This document shows, in pieces, positions 24,042 to 37,568 of a stretch of 64,000 bases of DNA. The stretch's first letter is position 1. The number at the start of each line of letters is the position of its first letter. The notes below the pieces were generated by a model that worked only from the letters and a program-made list of their open reading frames with translations, was not told where the DNA came from and searched no databases. The stretch comes from Octopus bimaculoides (taxonomy: Eukaryota). The stretch is taken from assembly GCF_001194135.2 (NCBI RefSeq), contig NC_068993.1:16559027-16623026 (forward strand), given 5' to 3'. The position numbers and the translations under genes are program-made.

Positions 24042-25994
24042 TATATGCATACATATCCACACACATAATATTTTTATACAATACTTAAGATATATAAAGG
24101 GCGCTGCTTAAGTTTCATGGAAGGCAGTTATTTACATTCCATATAGAGCTTTGCATAAAAAGGATATCTGATTTATCAGCAGTAGAGAGTTCTCTCTCAC
24201 TCTCCTTGTTGTATGCTCTCTTAGTGACAGACTTAATTCCTTTAAATGGAATTAAGCATCTTTTGAGGACTAGAATTAAATCTCTTATTGAGGCAGTGGA
24301 ATTGGTCATTTCAACAATAGACAGTAGTCGTATTTATGACAAACTCTATAATTTATGTGCATATTATATATGCATGTTGGTGGATAGCTTTGTACAAATG
24401 CAGTGCATGGATGCGTAAAATGTGTGTACTGATGTGTGTTTGCATGTGCATGTTGGTGATGCATGTAAATGATTATGTGTACAAATATGTGCATATGCAT
24501 GTTTTGTGTTTGTTTTTTAGTTTGTTGTAGTCATTACAGCTGAGATTACATTTTGGAGCACCTGTATATGTGTGTGTATGCATGTGTGTATAGATTACAC
24601 AGTCATGCAATGAAATATATAAAATCTAATCTGAATCAATATATGTTGAATATATTTAAGTTTGGGCTTCATTTGCACACACACACACATGGACACATCT
24701 ATGTTTCTGTGAGTGTCAATATATGCATATATGAATATATATGAGTATGTTAAAATATGTATATTGACAACAATGAATTATTTTGCGCAAAAACATTTTT
24801 ATTTATATTTTAATATATTCCATTTTTTTTCTTCTTTCTGATGTTGTTGTTGTTTCTTCTACTTCTCCTTATTTATTCCATGTAAACATTATTACCGTAG
24901 CAATATATGGAAGTGTCTCTAAATAGGAATCTTTGTTGTTTTATTGAAAAATCAAAATTTTTAAGATCTTTGCCAAGTTTATTTTTATTTATTTATTTAT
25001 TTGTTTTTTTTTTTGTGTGGGTGTGTGTGGCTGGTTGGTTTCTTGTTTGGTTGTTTACTATTGGAATGGTTCCAGTTGCCCAGAAAGTAACTTGCACATT
25101 CATGGTAATTTGCCAAGAGACAAACGGTTTTAACACTCTTGTTCAAATTTCTCTTGTTTGGCCTGGAAAATTAAAAATAGCCCTGCAAACCTTTGAGATC
25201 CTTGAATTTCCTTACTTGTCTTCTGGTTTACAGGAATTGATTCAAATCTTTCAATAAACAGCATTCACCTACCCCGTTTCTACATGAAGGACTAAAAGCC
25301 TGAGATGTCAAACTCTGAACTCTTCTTTGTTCTTCTTGCAATGTAAATTAATTGCTTTGTTTTCATTCCTGAAGTCTCTTGGATTATAACATCTTCGTTG
25401 ATGCAGTAGCCACTTCAATTTGAACCGGATGGAATTAGTAACTACTATAAAAACATCTATGACCTCACATTTATCTGCTATGTCAATCTGCAAATTCGTT
25501 ATACTTACAAATACTTACACTAACACATGAAGAACATATTCTTAAAAAAGACTCTCTCACTCTCTTTGCTAAAGAAACAATGCATTAAAACTCTCATTTA
25601 TTATCTCCCTTGACTGGAACTTTTCTGTTGAGAAACGTCATTCTTTTATTTCCTTTGGTCATTGTTTGACATTCTCTTTCCTATTCATGGAGAAGGACTA
25701 TAGTCCATGTCTGCTGATTAACAATATTTAAGTATTTTGTTTCTTGAATTAGTTTGAAGCTTGAAACATTGAGCTCTGACTTCTACTTTGTTTCTCTTAC
25801 TGAATTAATGGATTATTTTGATTTTTTATTCCTCAAATCTTTTGGATTATCACCTATATATGTTGATGCTGTACTCATTCTCTTGATAGACCTGGACTCT
25901 GTATTGACTTTTTATTTTTGAATATACATTGGGAAGGCCTATTACTTTTGAGCTATATTATTATTATTATTAGTCACTGTATATCCTCATTTAA

Positions 25995-26695
25995 CCTTTA
26001 CTACACTAATTTGACCCTACAATAGTTTCCCCCATCACTGCATTATTTTTGAGGGAACAAAAGACATGAGCACCTACTGTTTAAAATTATTATAACTTTC
26101 ATTGTATTGCATGTACAGATTTTATTTTTTGTGTACTAATAAAGGAATGAATAAATAATATTTTGAAGTATTAAGGAATAGATGAAAGAGCTGGCCCTCA
26201 GAAATGTACCTCCTTTGAGTCAGTACTTTCCTTAAATCAGCCAATCATGGATCATAGTATCTATTTGGTACATTGTTCTCAATATAACTGTAAGCACACT
26301 CTATGTCCTTATCATCAGCTTGAATAATTTTGCCATCGATATCCACCTTAGTAAATCCTTCAAAATTGTCATCTGAGTCAGAATCAAACAAGATTTCTTC
26401 AAGAAAAGCTTCAAATGCAGGAGCAGCCATTTTCACTTGATAAAAAAATCAAACAAAAACTAAGTTCGATTTCAAAGCTTGATCACTTTGTGGTTAGTAT
26501 ATAAACAGTGAAATTGGCATTAGAAAATGGAAATTTTGTTCTGAACCGAATGTAGCCAGTTTACAGCTTAAAGTACTGGAAATAAACCTAGTGATATGTT
26601 TATTTTAAGCACCCTTCTCAAGGCGACAAAATGTCCCTGCAGCAACAGAGGAGAGAACTTGTGGCTGACAAATTGCGACAACAGTGCAGAGAAGG
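25995..26695 (-). mobile_element. Non-autonomous piggyBac-type element keeping a 5' transposase fragment
   Basis: TTAA at 25991-25994 and 26696-26699; imperfect TIRs cctttactacact / ccttctctgcact. The minus-strand ORF MAAPAFEAFLEEILFDSDSDDNFEGF is an acidic N-terminus of piggyBac type. Confidence 0.75.
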
Positions 26696-26947
26696 TTAAC
26701 GTCTACATTTCCATGCTTGCATGGGTTAGATGGAATTTGTTGAGACAGATTTTCTTCATTCAGTTACCCTTCCTGTTACCAACCCTCCCCTTTTTACAAG
26801 CAAGGTAATATTTTCCCATGGTCAGACATGCTTTTCCCAGAAGCAGGACATGAACAATCTTGCTTGTATGAAGATGATGATGATGATGCTCATTTACAAT
26901 GATCACATGTCTTAACAAGGGTACATGTAAATACACACACACACACA

Positions 26948-26994
<47 letters not shown>

Positions 26995-27004
26995 ATGCTT
27001 GTCT

Positions 27005-27245
27005 GTCGTTGTTGACAATGACCAAGGACATCGCATGGTAAAAGATGGGGCACAATGTGTCCAGATATGGCCAATCAGGCTGAAGGTTCCATCACAAGTC
27101 AGGCACTGGTGGTATCCTGGGAATGAAAGCAAGAAGTTGGCTCTGGATTTGCACGTCTCACATTTTCTTTGTGCTCCTGCAATCCCATTCTGTCTGTTGG
27201 AGGTGGCACCTCTTTGATGAGGCTACATCAGGCAGAGCAGTCTTG
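27005..27245 (-). mobile_element. RTE-clade LINE 3' end with a C-terminal C2H2-like finger
   Basis: Frameshifted IAGAQRK.E..KSRAN...HQCLTCDGTF/SLIGHIWTH, followed by a ggtcattgtcaacaacgacagacaa-type 3' UTR. Confidence 0.7.
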
Positions 27246-27614
27246 TGCTTGTAGTTTGGAAAAAAAATAGTTTTGCCACACTACATGTTGTGCTGAGTTG
27301 TACTTGAGGATTATGTTAAGGGTATAAATGTCTGTGGGATACACAGCTGCTTAGACATTAATTTAATGAGTCAGTTGTCTAGTTAATCAAGCAGTAATAC
27401 TCATCACCACTTATAAAGCTAGGTTTTGACTCAAAACTGAAAATTTCAATAGCCATTACTCTGAGTTTTACCTTCTTTACATGAAGAATAAAAACATGAG
27501 TTATGATTTGTGATGCTTTTTAGTTTCCAATCATCATTAGCATCGTTGATTTTGTATCATCTTCTCCATGATGGCATGAGTTGGAGGGGAGGGCTTTTTG
27601 TGACAAGTGTCCTA

Positions 27615-27830
27615 TATTATATGTGTGAGAATTTACGAAAAAAACAACAGACGAAGTCAGGTGGTGTAAACAACAAATGGATGTATTAGTTTAACACTCA
27701 GGAATAGAGAAAGTCTTTGACATTTCGAGCTACGCTCTTCAACTGAAAGGAACACAGAAAGAAATAAGGAGAGAAACAAGGAGAAAAAAAAATATAAATG
27801 TAGTGGTCAGTGATCTATCATGGCAATTCA
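27615..27830 (-). mobile_element. Probable pseudo-LTR fragment of a Penelope-like element with a hammerhead-like remnant
   Basis: The minus strand at 27712-27750 reads cctttcagttgaagagcgtagctcgaaatgtcaaagac (TGAAGAGC-loop-GCTC-GAAA). Confidence 0.5.
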
Positions 27831-28579
27831 CAACCACATTGCTGATATTGGGTTCAAATCCTGCTGAAGTCAACGTTTGTCTTTCATCTTTCTGGAAGTC
27901 TGTAAATAAAGTATGGAATAGAGCATGGAGGTGATTTAATCTTACTATGAAGCATTGAAGATGTGAATGGAATTATAAAAGAAGACTCTGCTAAAGACAG
28001 TTGTGAACAAGCTGGTGGTGTTAAATCAGGCAATAAATTAGGCCTTGAAAAGAAAAAAAAATAAAGACATATTTGGATTACATTGTAACTGAAAATAGCA
28101 TACAAACCGTTTCAGCCGATGAAAGAAAGTTGGAAGAGAGAAGAACTTAGGACAGACTTGAGACCATTGGACTTCACAGAAGAGATGACAAAGAATTTCC
28201 AATACATAAATTGACATTGTATATGACAGAAAGTGTACAGAGTTTACTTTGGCACAAATAAAATGGTTAGAAAAAGAACATTAACAAAAAGGTAAAAATG
28301 AACACAAAATGAAATAGATAAATAAATAAACAAACAAAACCCCACCAAGACAACCATCCTGCAGGAATCAGGCACTGAAATCTCATGTATCACTTAATCA
28401 CTATAATACCAAGTCATGTAAATATTTCAATAAATATTTTCTATGCAATATTCATTATTATTCCTAGCCATGTTCCATGCTGATCATTTCTTTACACAGC
28501 TTGGAAATTAATCTAATATTGCTTATGTATAAAAGCATTTCCAGAATGTCCTGCCTTCCAGTTCTTCTTTCCTTCCTTC

Positions 28580-28962
28580 CTTCCTACCACCACCACCACC
28601 ATTACAATTACCAGCATCACTGCCACCACCCTTACAATTACTAACACCACTGCCACCAACTACATTATGGCTGACATTGCCACAACAACCACCACACTAA
28701 CTAGCACTACTCCCTCTCCTCCAGACAGTCACGCCACCACCATCTTGTATACCACACCCACATATACATCTACTATTACTACTACTACTACTAGAACTGA
28801 CATACCCACATACTAACACCACCATCACCACACTATTATCATTAACAACATAATTACCACCAGACCACTTCCACACACACACACACAAACACTGCCACCA
28901 CCACCACTGCCACCACCACCACTGCCACCACCACCACTGCCTCTACCACCATTACACTGCTG
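28580..28962. repeat. (CAC)/(ACT)-rich low-complexity trinucleotide region
   Basis: Runs of accaccacc, actactact and actgccaccaccacc. Confidence 0.9.
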
Positions 28963-29134
28963 CACTGGTTGTCATAGAAGTCAAAATACCAGACTATCAG
29001 TTAATCCTTTGTTACAATCCACAATAGCAATCCCTGTCCAAGAAGTGAGGCGGAAATATTAAAAATCAGGGAATTTCAGCATTGCTTAAGGGAATGTCAG
29101 GGTGTATCTGGGAAAGGCATGGGTTAGGAGACTT

Positions 29135-29198
<64 letters not shown>

Positions 29199-29874
29199 AT
29201 ATATATATCTATGTATATATAATGTGTGTGTTTGTGTATTTTATTAGTTTCCTTCATTAGTCAGGAGCTATTTTGGGATGCCATGTTCAAGGGTTCCTTC
29301 TCATCAGCTATATCACCTCAACCCCAGTATTTCTTTTAGTCTGGTACTTATTTGATCAATTCCCAACTTGTTGGTCCAGTAATTTGTATGTAAAGGCATA
29401 AAAAATAAAAGATAGTGGTATTTAGACTGATTTAAACATACACACGGAGTGAACACACACACACACACACACATATGACTGGCTTGATACAGTTTCTGTC
29501 TACCAAATTTACTCAAGCCATTAGTTGGTCTAAGACAATAGCATAAAGTATTCATCCAAGATATCATGCAGTGGAGCTAGATTCAAAATCGCTTGGTTGC
29601 AAAATGAACTTCTTAACCTATACACACACAGAGGCCATGCCTCTGTGTGCATGTGTTTGCACATAGACAAAATGTTCTACAGTCTGATGGAACAGTGTTT
29701 TACTTGAAAACCAATAAGAATTGACTCAGAAAAGGTGTTCAGTCATAGAATTCTACCTCAAGAAGTCTTGTCCAGCCTATGTCAGCATGAGCAAAATGAT
29801 TATAAAAATGGATGCCATGTATAAAGCACCCAGTACACACTCTGTAAAGTAGTTGGCTTTAGGAGGGGAATTAA

Positions 29875-30089
29875 TCCTTTTGTTACCATATTTCTATTGA
29901 AATGCTTCGTGTTTCTTTCAATTCTAAATATAACAAAGAATTTAGTAAAATAACTTTATCATTAAGCTAGTGATAGGAACATAAATTGTGACTAAAATTT
30001 GGTGGAAGATTTTTAATTCAGAACTTTTGAAAGCAAGAATTTAAACTACAGAGCCAGAAGCAGTTTCAGGTGGTTTGGTATCAAAAAAG
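29875..30089. mobile_element. TTAA-flanked MITE (piggyBac-like) nested in an RTE-tail repeat
   Basis: ttaa|tccttttgttacc ... ggtatcaaaaaag|ttaa. The host repeat resumes on both sides (ttaggagggga / gctatagaaatc). Confidence 0.75.
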
Positions 30090-30424
30090 TTAAGCTATAG
30101 AAATCATACCAATGCAGGCATTGGAACTTGGAGCACTCCTCTGATTTTTTGGTTCTTGTCAGACCATCCAACCCATGCTATCATGGAATTGCACATTAAA
30201 CAATGATTATACAGTTCCACCTATCAAATTCTACTACCAAAACATTGGTCAACATGATGCTATGCTAGAACGCACCTGCTCAAGGTACTGTACAGTGGGA
30301 TTAAATCTAGATGGGTGTGAAGGGAATCTATTAATGACACAGGCATGTATGTATATGTATTGAACAGAGCTGGTAACTCAGCAGAATCAATAAAATGAGG
30401 TCAACTTTGCCTTTCATCCTTTTG

Positions 30425-30775
30425 GGGTCTCATCTTTAGGCCTGTGCACTCACAGGTGTTATTTTCCCACCTCTTTCCCTGTCTGCCACCTTTGACTGTT
30501 CCTTGAAGGATTGTTTTGGCCATCCCTGATGAGTGTGTGACATGCCTAAACCACCTGAGCTTGCATTTCTTTATTGCAAAAAGTTCCTCGTTGAGCCTAA
30601 TTCCTTGCCTTATTCTTCTTTTCACTTCCTCATTTGTGACACGATCTCTGTATGATATTCATAAAAGTCTCCTGAAGCGTTTCATCTCTGTAGCCTGGAT
30701 GCTTCTTTCAATTTCTGCTGTCAATGTCCATGTTTCACAGGCATACAGGAAAGCACAGAGAAAACAAAAGTTGTC
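30425..30775 (-). pseudogene. RTE (BovB-like) LINE ORF2 C-terminal fragment
   Basis: FLYACETWTLTAEIERSIQATEMKRFRRLL..ISY...TNEE.KRRI...ELFAIKKCKLRWFRHVTHSSGMAKTILQGTVKGGRQGKRWENN. Confidence 0.9.
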
Positions 30776-31765
30776 CATCTCTGTCATGGTACATCTCTTC
30801 CTCGCCTCCCACTTCATCTCCATATTTTCTGATCTACCTACAGGGGGGGTGGTTATTATACTGCTGCTCTTCCCCTTTCTAAGCCACTCTTGTTTTTTAC
30901 CCATCTACCACACCTCCACCTTTGTTCCACTCCATTCACCTCTACACCAATTCCTAGCCTTCTGTCACTCTCTATTTACTCTTCTTAACGAACTTAATCG
31001 TTTGCTCTTCCTGATTTTTTTATATCCCTGTTCTCTCACACTCCCCTACTTGCATCTTGTGAGTATGCTCTGACATCTCATCACTACCATCATCTTTCCT
31101 GCTACTCCCACCCACTCATATAACGATGGGTAGCCATGTTTCTCCTCTATAGAAAAACACCTGTGTCTGTCCCCCTGTTATACTTTTGTCTCTCAGCACC
31201 TGCATAAAGCCACCTTCATCTCTACTACAGCTTCACTCAGCTGAGGATTTTTTTCTTCTTTGTCTTGTGAGTTACTTGGCAACCTCTCTAGTGCTGGTAC
31301 CATGAACAAATAAAAGCACTCGCCACACTCAGTAAAATGGTTGGCATTAGGAAGAATAGCCAACTGTAGAAACCATACCAAAGCATGCATTGGAGTTCAA
31401 CATAGCCCTCCACTTCATTGGATTCTGTCAAACTGTCTGTCCAACCCATGCCAGCATGGAAGATAGTTGGTACATGATAATAAAAATAATGATGATGTGT
31501 ATGTATACAAATATATAGGTTTTATATGTATGTCTATGAATGTATACGAGTAAGCATATATACATGGATATATGTAAATGAATGTATATGAATGAATATA
31601 CATATATGTAAATAAATGTATTAGCATATGTGTGTGTGTGTGTGTGTGTATGCGCACACATACATTCACAGATATATATACATAAAAAATGTAACTATAT
31701 ATACGTAAATGAGCATATGTATGTATATGAATATATGTATGTTCATATGTGTACAATTTATGTGT

Positions 31766-31815
<50 letters not shown>

Positions 31816-33860
31816 TATGGTGTTGTACATGTGTATGTATATATATAATTCTGATAGTAGTTACTGGAAATTATTCCATTGCTTAATGCTGTAATTAGAT
31901 GTTAGATGCTTTCATCTTGAGTATGGCCATAAACAAAACTATAAAAAAAAAATATAAAAAAAGTAACAAGAGGTTAACAATAAAAAAATATAAGAATTCT
32001 AATAGAAAATATATAGTGAGCCAACCATAAATATGTTTTTGCATGTATGAGTTGATAAGTGTATGTGTGTCTGTGTTAGTATGTGTGCATCTGTAGTTGT
32101 ATAAATTAATGTAAACGTGTATATTTGCTGGAAGTGAAGGTATGTATAAACTATAATCTGCAGATATATCTTAGTGTGTAGGTGGGCGGTGGTGGTTTTA
32201 TGAATATATATATGCTTGTAGGTGTCTGTAACTGTGTAGCAATCACAGGAAATGTGGCCTTGGATAAAATTGCATGAGTGTGTGTGTTAAGGCAAAAATA
32301 TATGAAGTTTAGAATCTGCTGAGATCTAATATATATATGTGTTTGTCAGTATAAATATGTACACGTTTCTGTGTGTTTGTATGAGTTTGCGTAAATCTTT
32401 ATGTTGAGGCAAAGGTATATAGCAAAAATCTGCAAATATGTGGGTATGTTTGTATACGTATATATGTGTTTCCATGTGCCTAAATGCGTATGAACCTGTA
32501 AATGTGGATCTCTATAACTGTACATATGTAAGTATTATAGCAAAGCTGTATAATAATATTTAGAATACGTTGGAAACTAATGTATGTTTGTCAGTTTATA
32601 GATGTAAGTGTTCGTTTAGGTTACATGAGTCTGTCTGCATAAATGTGTATGTTGATTCACAAGCTTATAATATCCAGAATCTGCTGAAATCTTGTCTGTG
32701 TGCATGAGGCTGTGTAAAATGCCCATGTCTGTAAATCCTGTAATCATTTTTATTTTATTGTTCTTTGTCAACAATAATTTCATAATATTAGATTTAATAC
32801 AGACACACATTCACAGCATGGTATGAATCTTACATATTCATACATACAAATATATGCACACAACTCCATACATCTACACATATATACATATGCATATGAA
32901 CATGCAGTCCATATAAACATACATATAGATGTAAATATCTACATATATACACATAAGCACATACATCCATTGTAGCTGAGTAAAAAGCATTGAGTCCACT
33001 CTTCAGAGTGGTTGGTGTTAGGAAGGGCATCCAGCCTTAAAAACCCTGCCAAAACAGACACAGTAGCCTGGAGTAGTCTTCTACCTGACTGCCTCCTGTC
33101 AGCCATTGTACCCATGCATGCATGGAAGACGGACATTAAATCTGTGAAGTTGTCATCAGGCATAGGCTTTGTAATCATATGACTATGGGTTCAATTCCCA
33201 GACAGGACAGCATGTCATATCTCTAAACAAGACACTTCATTTCATGTTACTTGAGTCTACTCAGCTTGAATTGTGTACCAACTAAATAAGTTGCCTCTGA
33301 CATCCTCAATGTTCTGCTGTACAGGTCAAAGGCAGCAGGGATGATAGGGTGATTATGCCTGCTCACAACTGCATAGATGCCTAAAACCATTAGCAAAAAC
33401 ATAGTGCTTGCTACAAAATGTCAAATTTACTTGTGCGCGATGGTTATGTCTTTTTTTCATGTATGTGTATAAATATGTTTGCATATACATATGTATATGT
33501 ATATACAACGAGCATTACCATGTTGTACATGGCAAGGCTCATTTACATCCATCATAGCCGCCAAGACAAGGATGGACACATATACACACACATGCAATCA
33601 AATTACATATACACGCACACAGATTACACACGCATACACACAAATTACATACACAGACGCACACAGACTACACAAAAATTACACACACACACACACACAC
33701 AATCAGCTTCATTTAGTTTCTGTCCACCAAATCCATTCACAAGGCTTTGGTCAGTCTGAGGCTATATTAGAAGACACTTGCCCTAGATGCTGCTCAGTGG
33801 TATTGAACTTGAGACTACATGGTTGGAAAGGAAGTTTCTTAGCCACAAAGCCTGTATGTA

Positions 33861-33896
<36 letters not shown>

Positions 33897-34600
33897 GATG
33901 GCCAACTGGCTTAATTGAACAAAATGCTTTGATAATCATTCTAGCTTCTGGCATTCTGAGTTCAAATCCCATCAGGATCTACCTCCTTTCTGGACTGATG
34001 ATCTACCAGTCAAGTACTAGAGTCATTTCTTCCCCACCCCTCTCTCTCTCCACTTTATTGCTCTTAGATTCAGTTATGTTACATTATGAAAAGGTATGGT
34101 CAGCCTATCCTTTCTCTTAACTTGTAAATTAACTTGAGAAATTAATCCCTAATTTCTTGAAATTGTTTTTCTTTAAGAATCACTCATTGTTGTTGCTAAT
34201 GTTTGTTTTCTTTCTCCAACTAAATGGGAAATTTCAGCTCATTATGGCACTCAGTACATCATCCTTTGACATTACAATATATATATATATATATCTATAT
34301 NNNNNNNNNNNNNNNNNNNNNNNNNNNNNNNNNNNNNNNNNNNNNNNNNNNNNNNNNNNNNNNNNNNNNNNNNNNNNNNNNNNNNNNNNNNNNNNNNNNN
34401 NNNNNNNNNNNNNNNNNNNNNNNNNNNNNNNNNNNNNNNNNNNNNNNNNNNNNNNNNNNNNNNNNNNNNNNNNNNNNNNNNNNNNNNNNNNNNNNNNNNN
34501 NNNNNNNNNNNNNNNNNNNNNNNNNNNNNNNNNNNNNNNNNNNNNNNNNNNNNNNNNNNNNNNNNNNNNNNNNNNNNNNNNNNNNNNNNNNNNNNNNNNN

Positions 34601-34634
<34 letters not shown>

Positions 34635-34918
34635 TGCTTGTACATGTATTTATATTCCTGACTGGCCCAGTCCCGCCTGACTGGCCAGTACCACCTGACT
34701 TGCCTTCGTGCCGGTAGCACGTAAAAGCACTCACTACACTCTCGGAGTGGTTGGTGTTAGGAATGGCATTCAGCTGCAGAAATCTGCCAAATCAGATTGG
34801 AGCCTGGCGTAGCCATCTGGTTCGCCAGTCCTCAGTCAAATCGTCCAACCCATGCTAGCATGGAAAGCGGACGTTGAACGATGATGATAATGATGTATAT
34901 ATCTAGTGTGCTTGTACA

Positions 34919-35000
<82 letters not shown>

Positions 35001-36276
35001 TACAATGTGCTTGTTTATATATATATATATATATAAATGTGTGCACCTGTCAGGCTTTGGTTTCAGGCCAATATATTGATTTCATTTTGTACCATAATCC
35101 TGCATGTTTTAAATCACTTTCTCATATACTTTTGTTTCATCTTCTTCCCTACTTCATGAAGTTTCTGTAGTAACATTGCATACACAAACACACACACACA
35201 CACACAGAAGCTTCCCCCACCTCTCTCTCATCTATACATAAACACTTATCTCCTTTCCCCTATCTAAACAATAAACACACTCAGTCATTCTTCACGCACA
35301 CATGCACACAGTCACTTTTTCCGACCTTCACACACACACTCTCTCGACCACATGCTGTCTTTCTCTCATTCCATTTTACTGTTTTCTGTCCATGGACAAA
35401 TATCATGCTTAGGCAATCCCTTCAAAACTGTTGTCATGCCAAGGCAATCCCTTCAAGGGTGTAGTGGATCATTAATCTCACTACATATTTCCATCTGATA
35501 CTTTTTTAATTGAGCCCTACTTGTTGAACTGCTAGGTTGTAAGACATACCAAAACACATGAACAACGAGTGGTAAAATTTGTTTAAATGTTAACACAATG
35601 TGGCACACACACACACACACACGCACACACACACGCACACACACACACACACAATAGGCTTCTGCATCAAATTCCACTCATATGTATTCATCAACTTGAG
35701 ACTATGGGAGAAGATTCTTGCTCAAAGTGCCACATGATGAAACTAAATCTGAAGCTACACTGTTGTGAAATAGTCACAATTCCATGCCGTTCTCTGTGTA
35801 CATACATTTACAATCAAGAATGAAACTCATACATACATATATCATCATCATTTAGCATCTGCTTTCCATGCTGGCATTGGTTAACCGGTTTGACTGGAAC
35901 TGGTAAGCCAGAGAGCTGTCCCAGGTTCCAGTCTGATTTAGTTTGGTTTCTATGGCTGGATGCTCTTCTTAATGCCAGCAACTTCAAGAGTGTAGTGAGT
36001 TCCTTTCACATGTCACTGGCACCAGCCACAATTACAAATTCTTTACGTTGTCTTCTGCTATAATACTACCCATCTGAACCAACAAATTCATTCTACGACC
36101 AGTAAGGCTCATCAAATCATGAAGGTACATATGCAGTTGATTTTTGATTGTTTCTAAATGTTGTGGTTCATGTATTTACCTGTTGAAAACAGTTTTTTTC
36201 TTAATGATGTAATGTCTCCATTAATCAGTTAAAAATTCATTGGAAACAGCTGTAGCGGATTGACACATTATCCATC

Positions 36277-36282
<6 letters not shown>

Positions 36283-36316
<34 letters not shown>

Positions 36317-36475
36317 TAATACAGGTTAACACATTTGTTGTTGTGCCTTTGTATGCTCATGTTCATCCAAATGCATCTCTTCTCTCTTCCATTTACATGC
36401 AGTTCTTTCAGTTTTACATATACAGACACACATATATATATATATATATATACACATATATATATATATATACAC

Positions 36476-36506
<31 letters not shown>

Positions 36507-36559
36507 TATATATATACACACATATATATATATATATACACATACATATATATATACAC

Positions 36560-36640
<81 letters not shown>
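36283..36640. repeat. Compound (TA)n/(CA)n microsatellite array; similar arrays at 13160, 15130-15310, 20790-21110, 31600-31850, 34920-35040, 51400-51620, 57060-57220 and 58785-58835
   Basis: Direct reading. These arrays are the source of the [12 protein letters not shown] ORFs in the ORF track. Confidence 0.95.
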
Positions 36641-37191
36641 AACTAGATACAGATACACATTTATATATACGAACATATATACACAAACCAGATACAGTGT
36701 CTCCACAAACAGGACCACAACATAACATAGACACGTTTAATCATCACCACTACCCTCACCCTCACCGAGGAATTCCATTTGCACATGTTACTGCCACCCA
36801 CTACATACACCTCTCACATGCATGAAAATACAGTACCCCACTGAGACCCCTACCTACAGTCTGACTTGAAGACATACTCCCACACAATTGCCATACACTC
36901 ACACACACACGCTTTCTCTCTTTCCTTCTCTCTTTTACTCTGTTTCTATCAAAACCCTCTCTGTGTCTCACTCTATCTTTCACTATTGCACTCTCTAAGC
37001 TAATATTTACTCTGTAGCTCTCGTTTAAGAGCAATGTTTAAAAAGTCAGCATAGGATTATGACGATGGATTTAATACAATTACGTTTGGTTTCTCGGCAA
37101 TTATTTATTTTAATCAACAGATTAAATCCTAGTATTTTTAATTTCGCTTTTATTTCCTATCTTTCATTAAGAAAATAATCTTTATCATAAG

Positions 37192-37568
37192 TGCAAAAGT
37201 GGCTGTGTGGTAAGTAGCTTGCTTACCAACCATATGGTTCTGGGTTCAGTCCCACTTTAATTATAGCCTTGATCCGATAAAAGCCTTGTGAGTGGATTTG
37301 GTAGACGGAAATTGAAAGAAGCCTGTTGCTCTACATATATATATATATGTATATGTACATGTTTGTGTCTGTGTTTGTCCTCCTACTATCACTTGACAAC
37401 CAATGTAGGTGTGATTAAGTCCCCATAACTTAGCGGTTCAACAAAAGAGACCAATAGAATAAGTACTGGGCTTATAAAGAATGTCCTAAGGTCAGTTTGT
37501 TTGATTAAAGGCGGTGCTCCAGCATGATCACAATTAAATGACTGAAACAAATAAAAGAATAAAAGAAT
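37192..37568 (+). mobile_element. SINE family 1, full copy
   Basis: Head gtggctgtgtggtaagtagcttgcttaccaacc..tggttctgggttcagtccc (A/B boxes) through the aaaagaataaaagaat tail. Confidence 0.9.

Noticed and set aside
36020-36290. Minus-strand protein-like fragments (LINGDITSLRKKLFST / IHEPQHLETIKNQLHMYLHDL)
   Set aside because: They need two frameshifts, all frames after the candidate acceptors contain stops, and the hAT-like resemblance is too weak.
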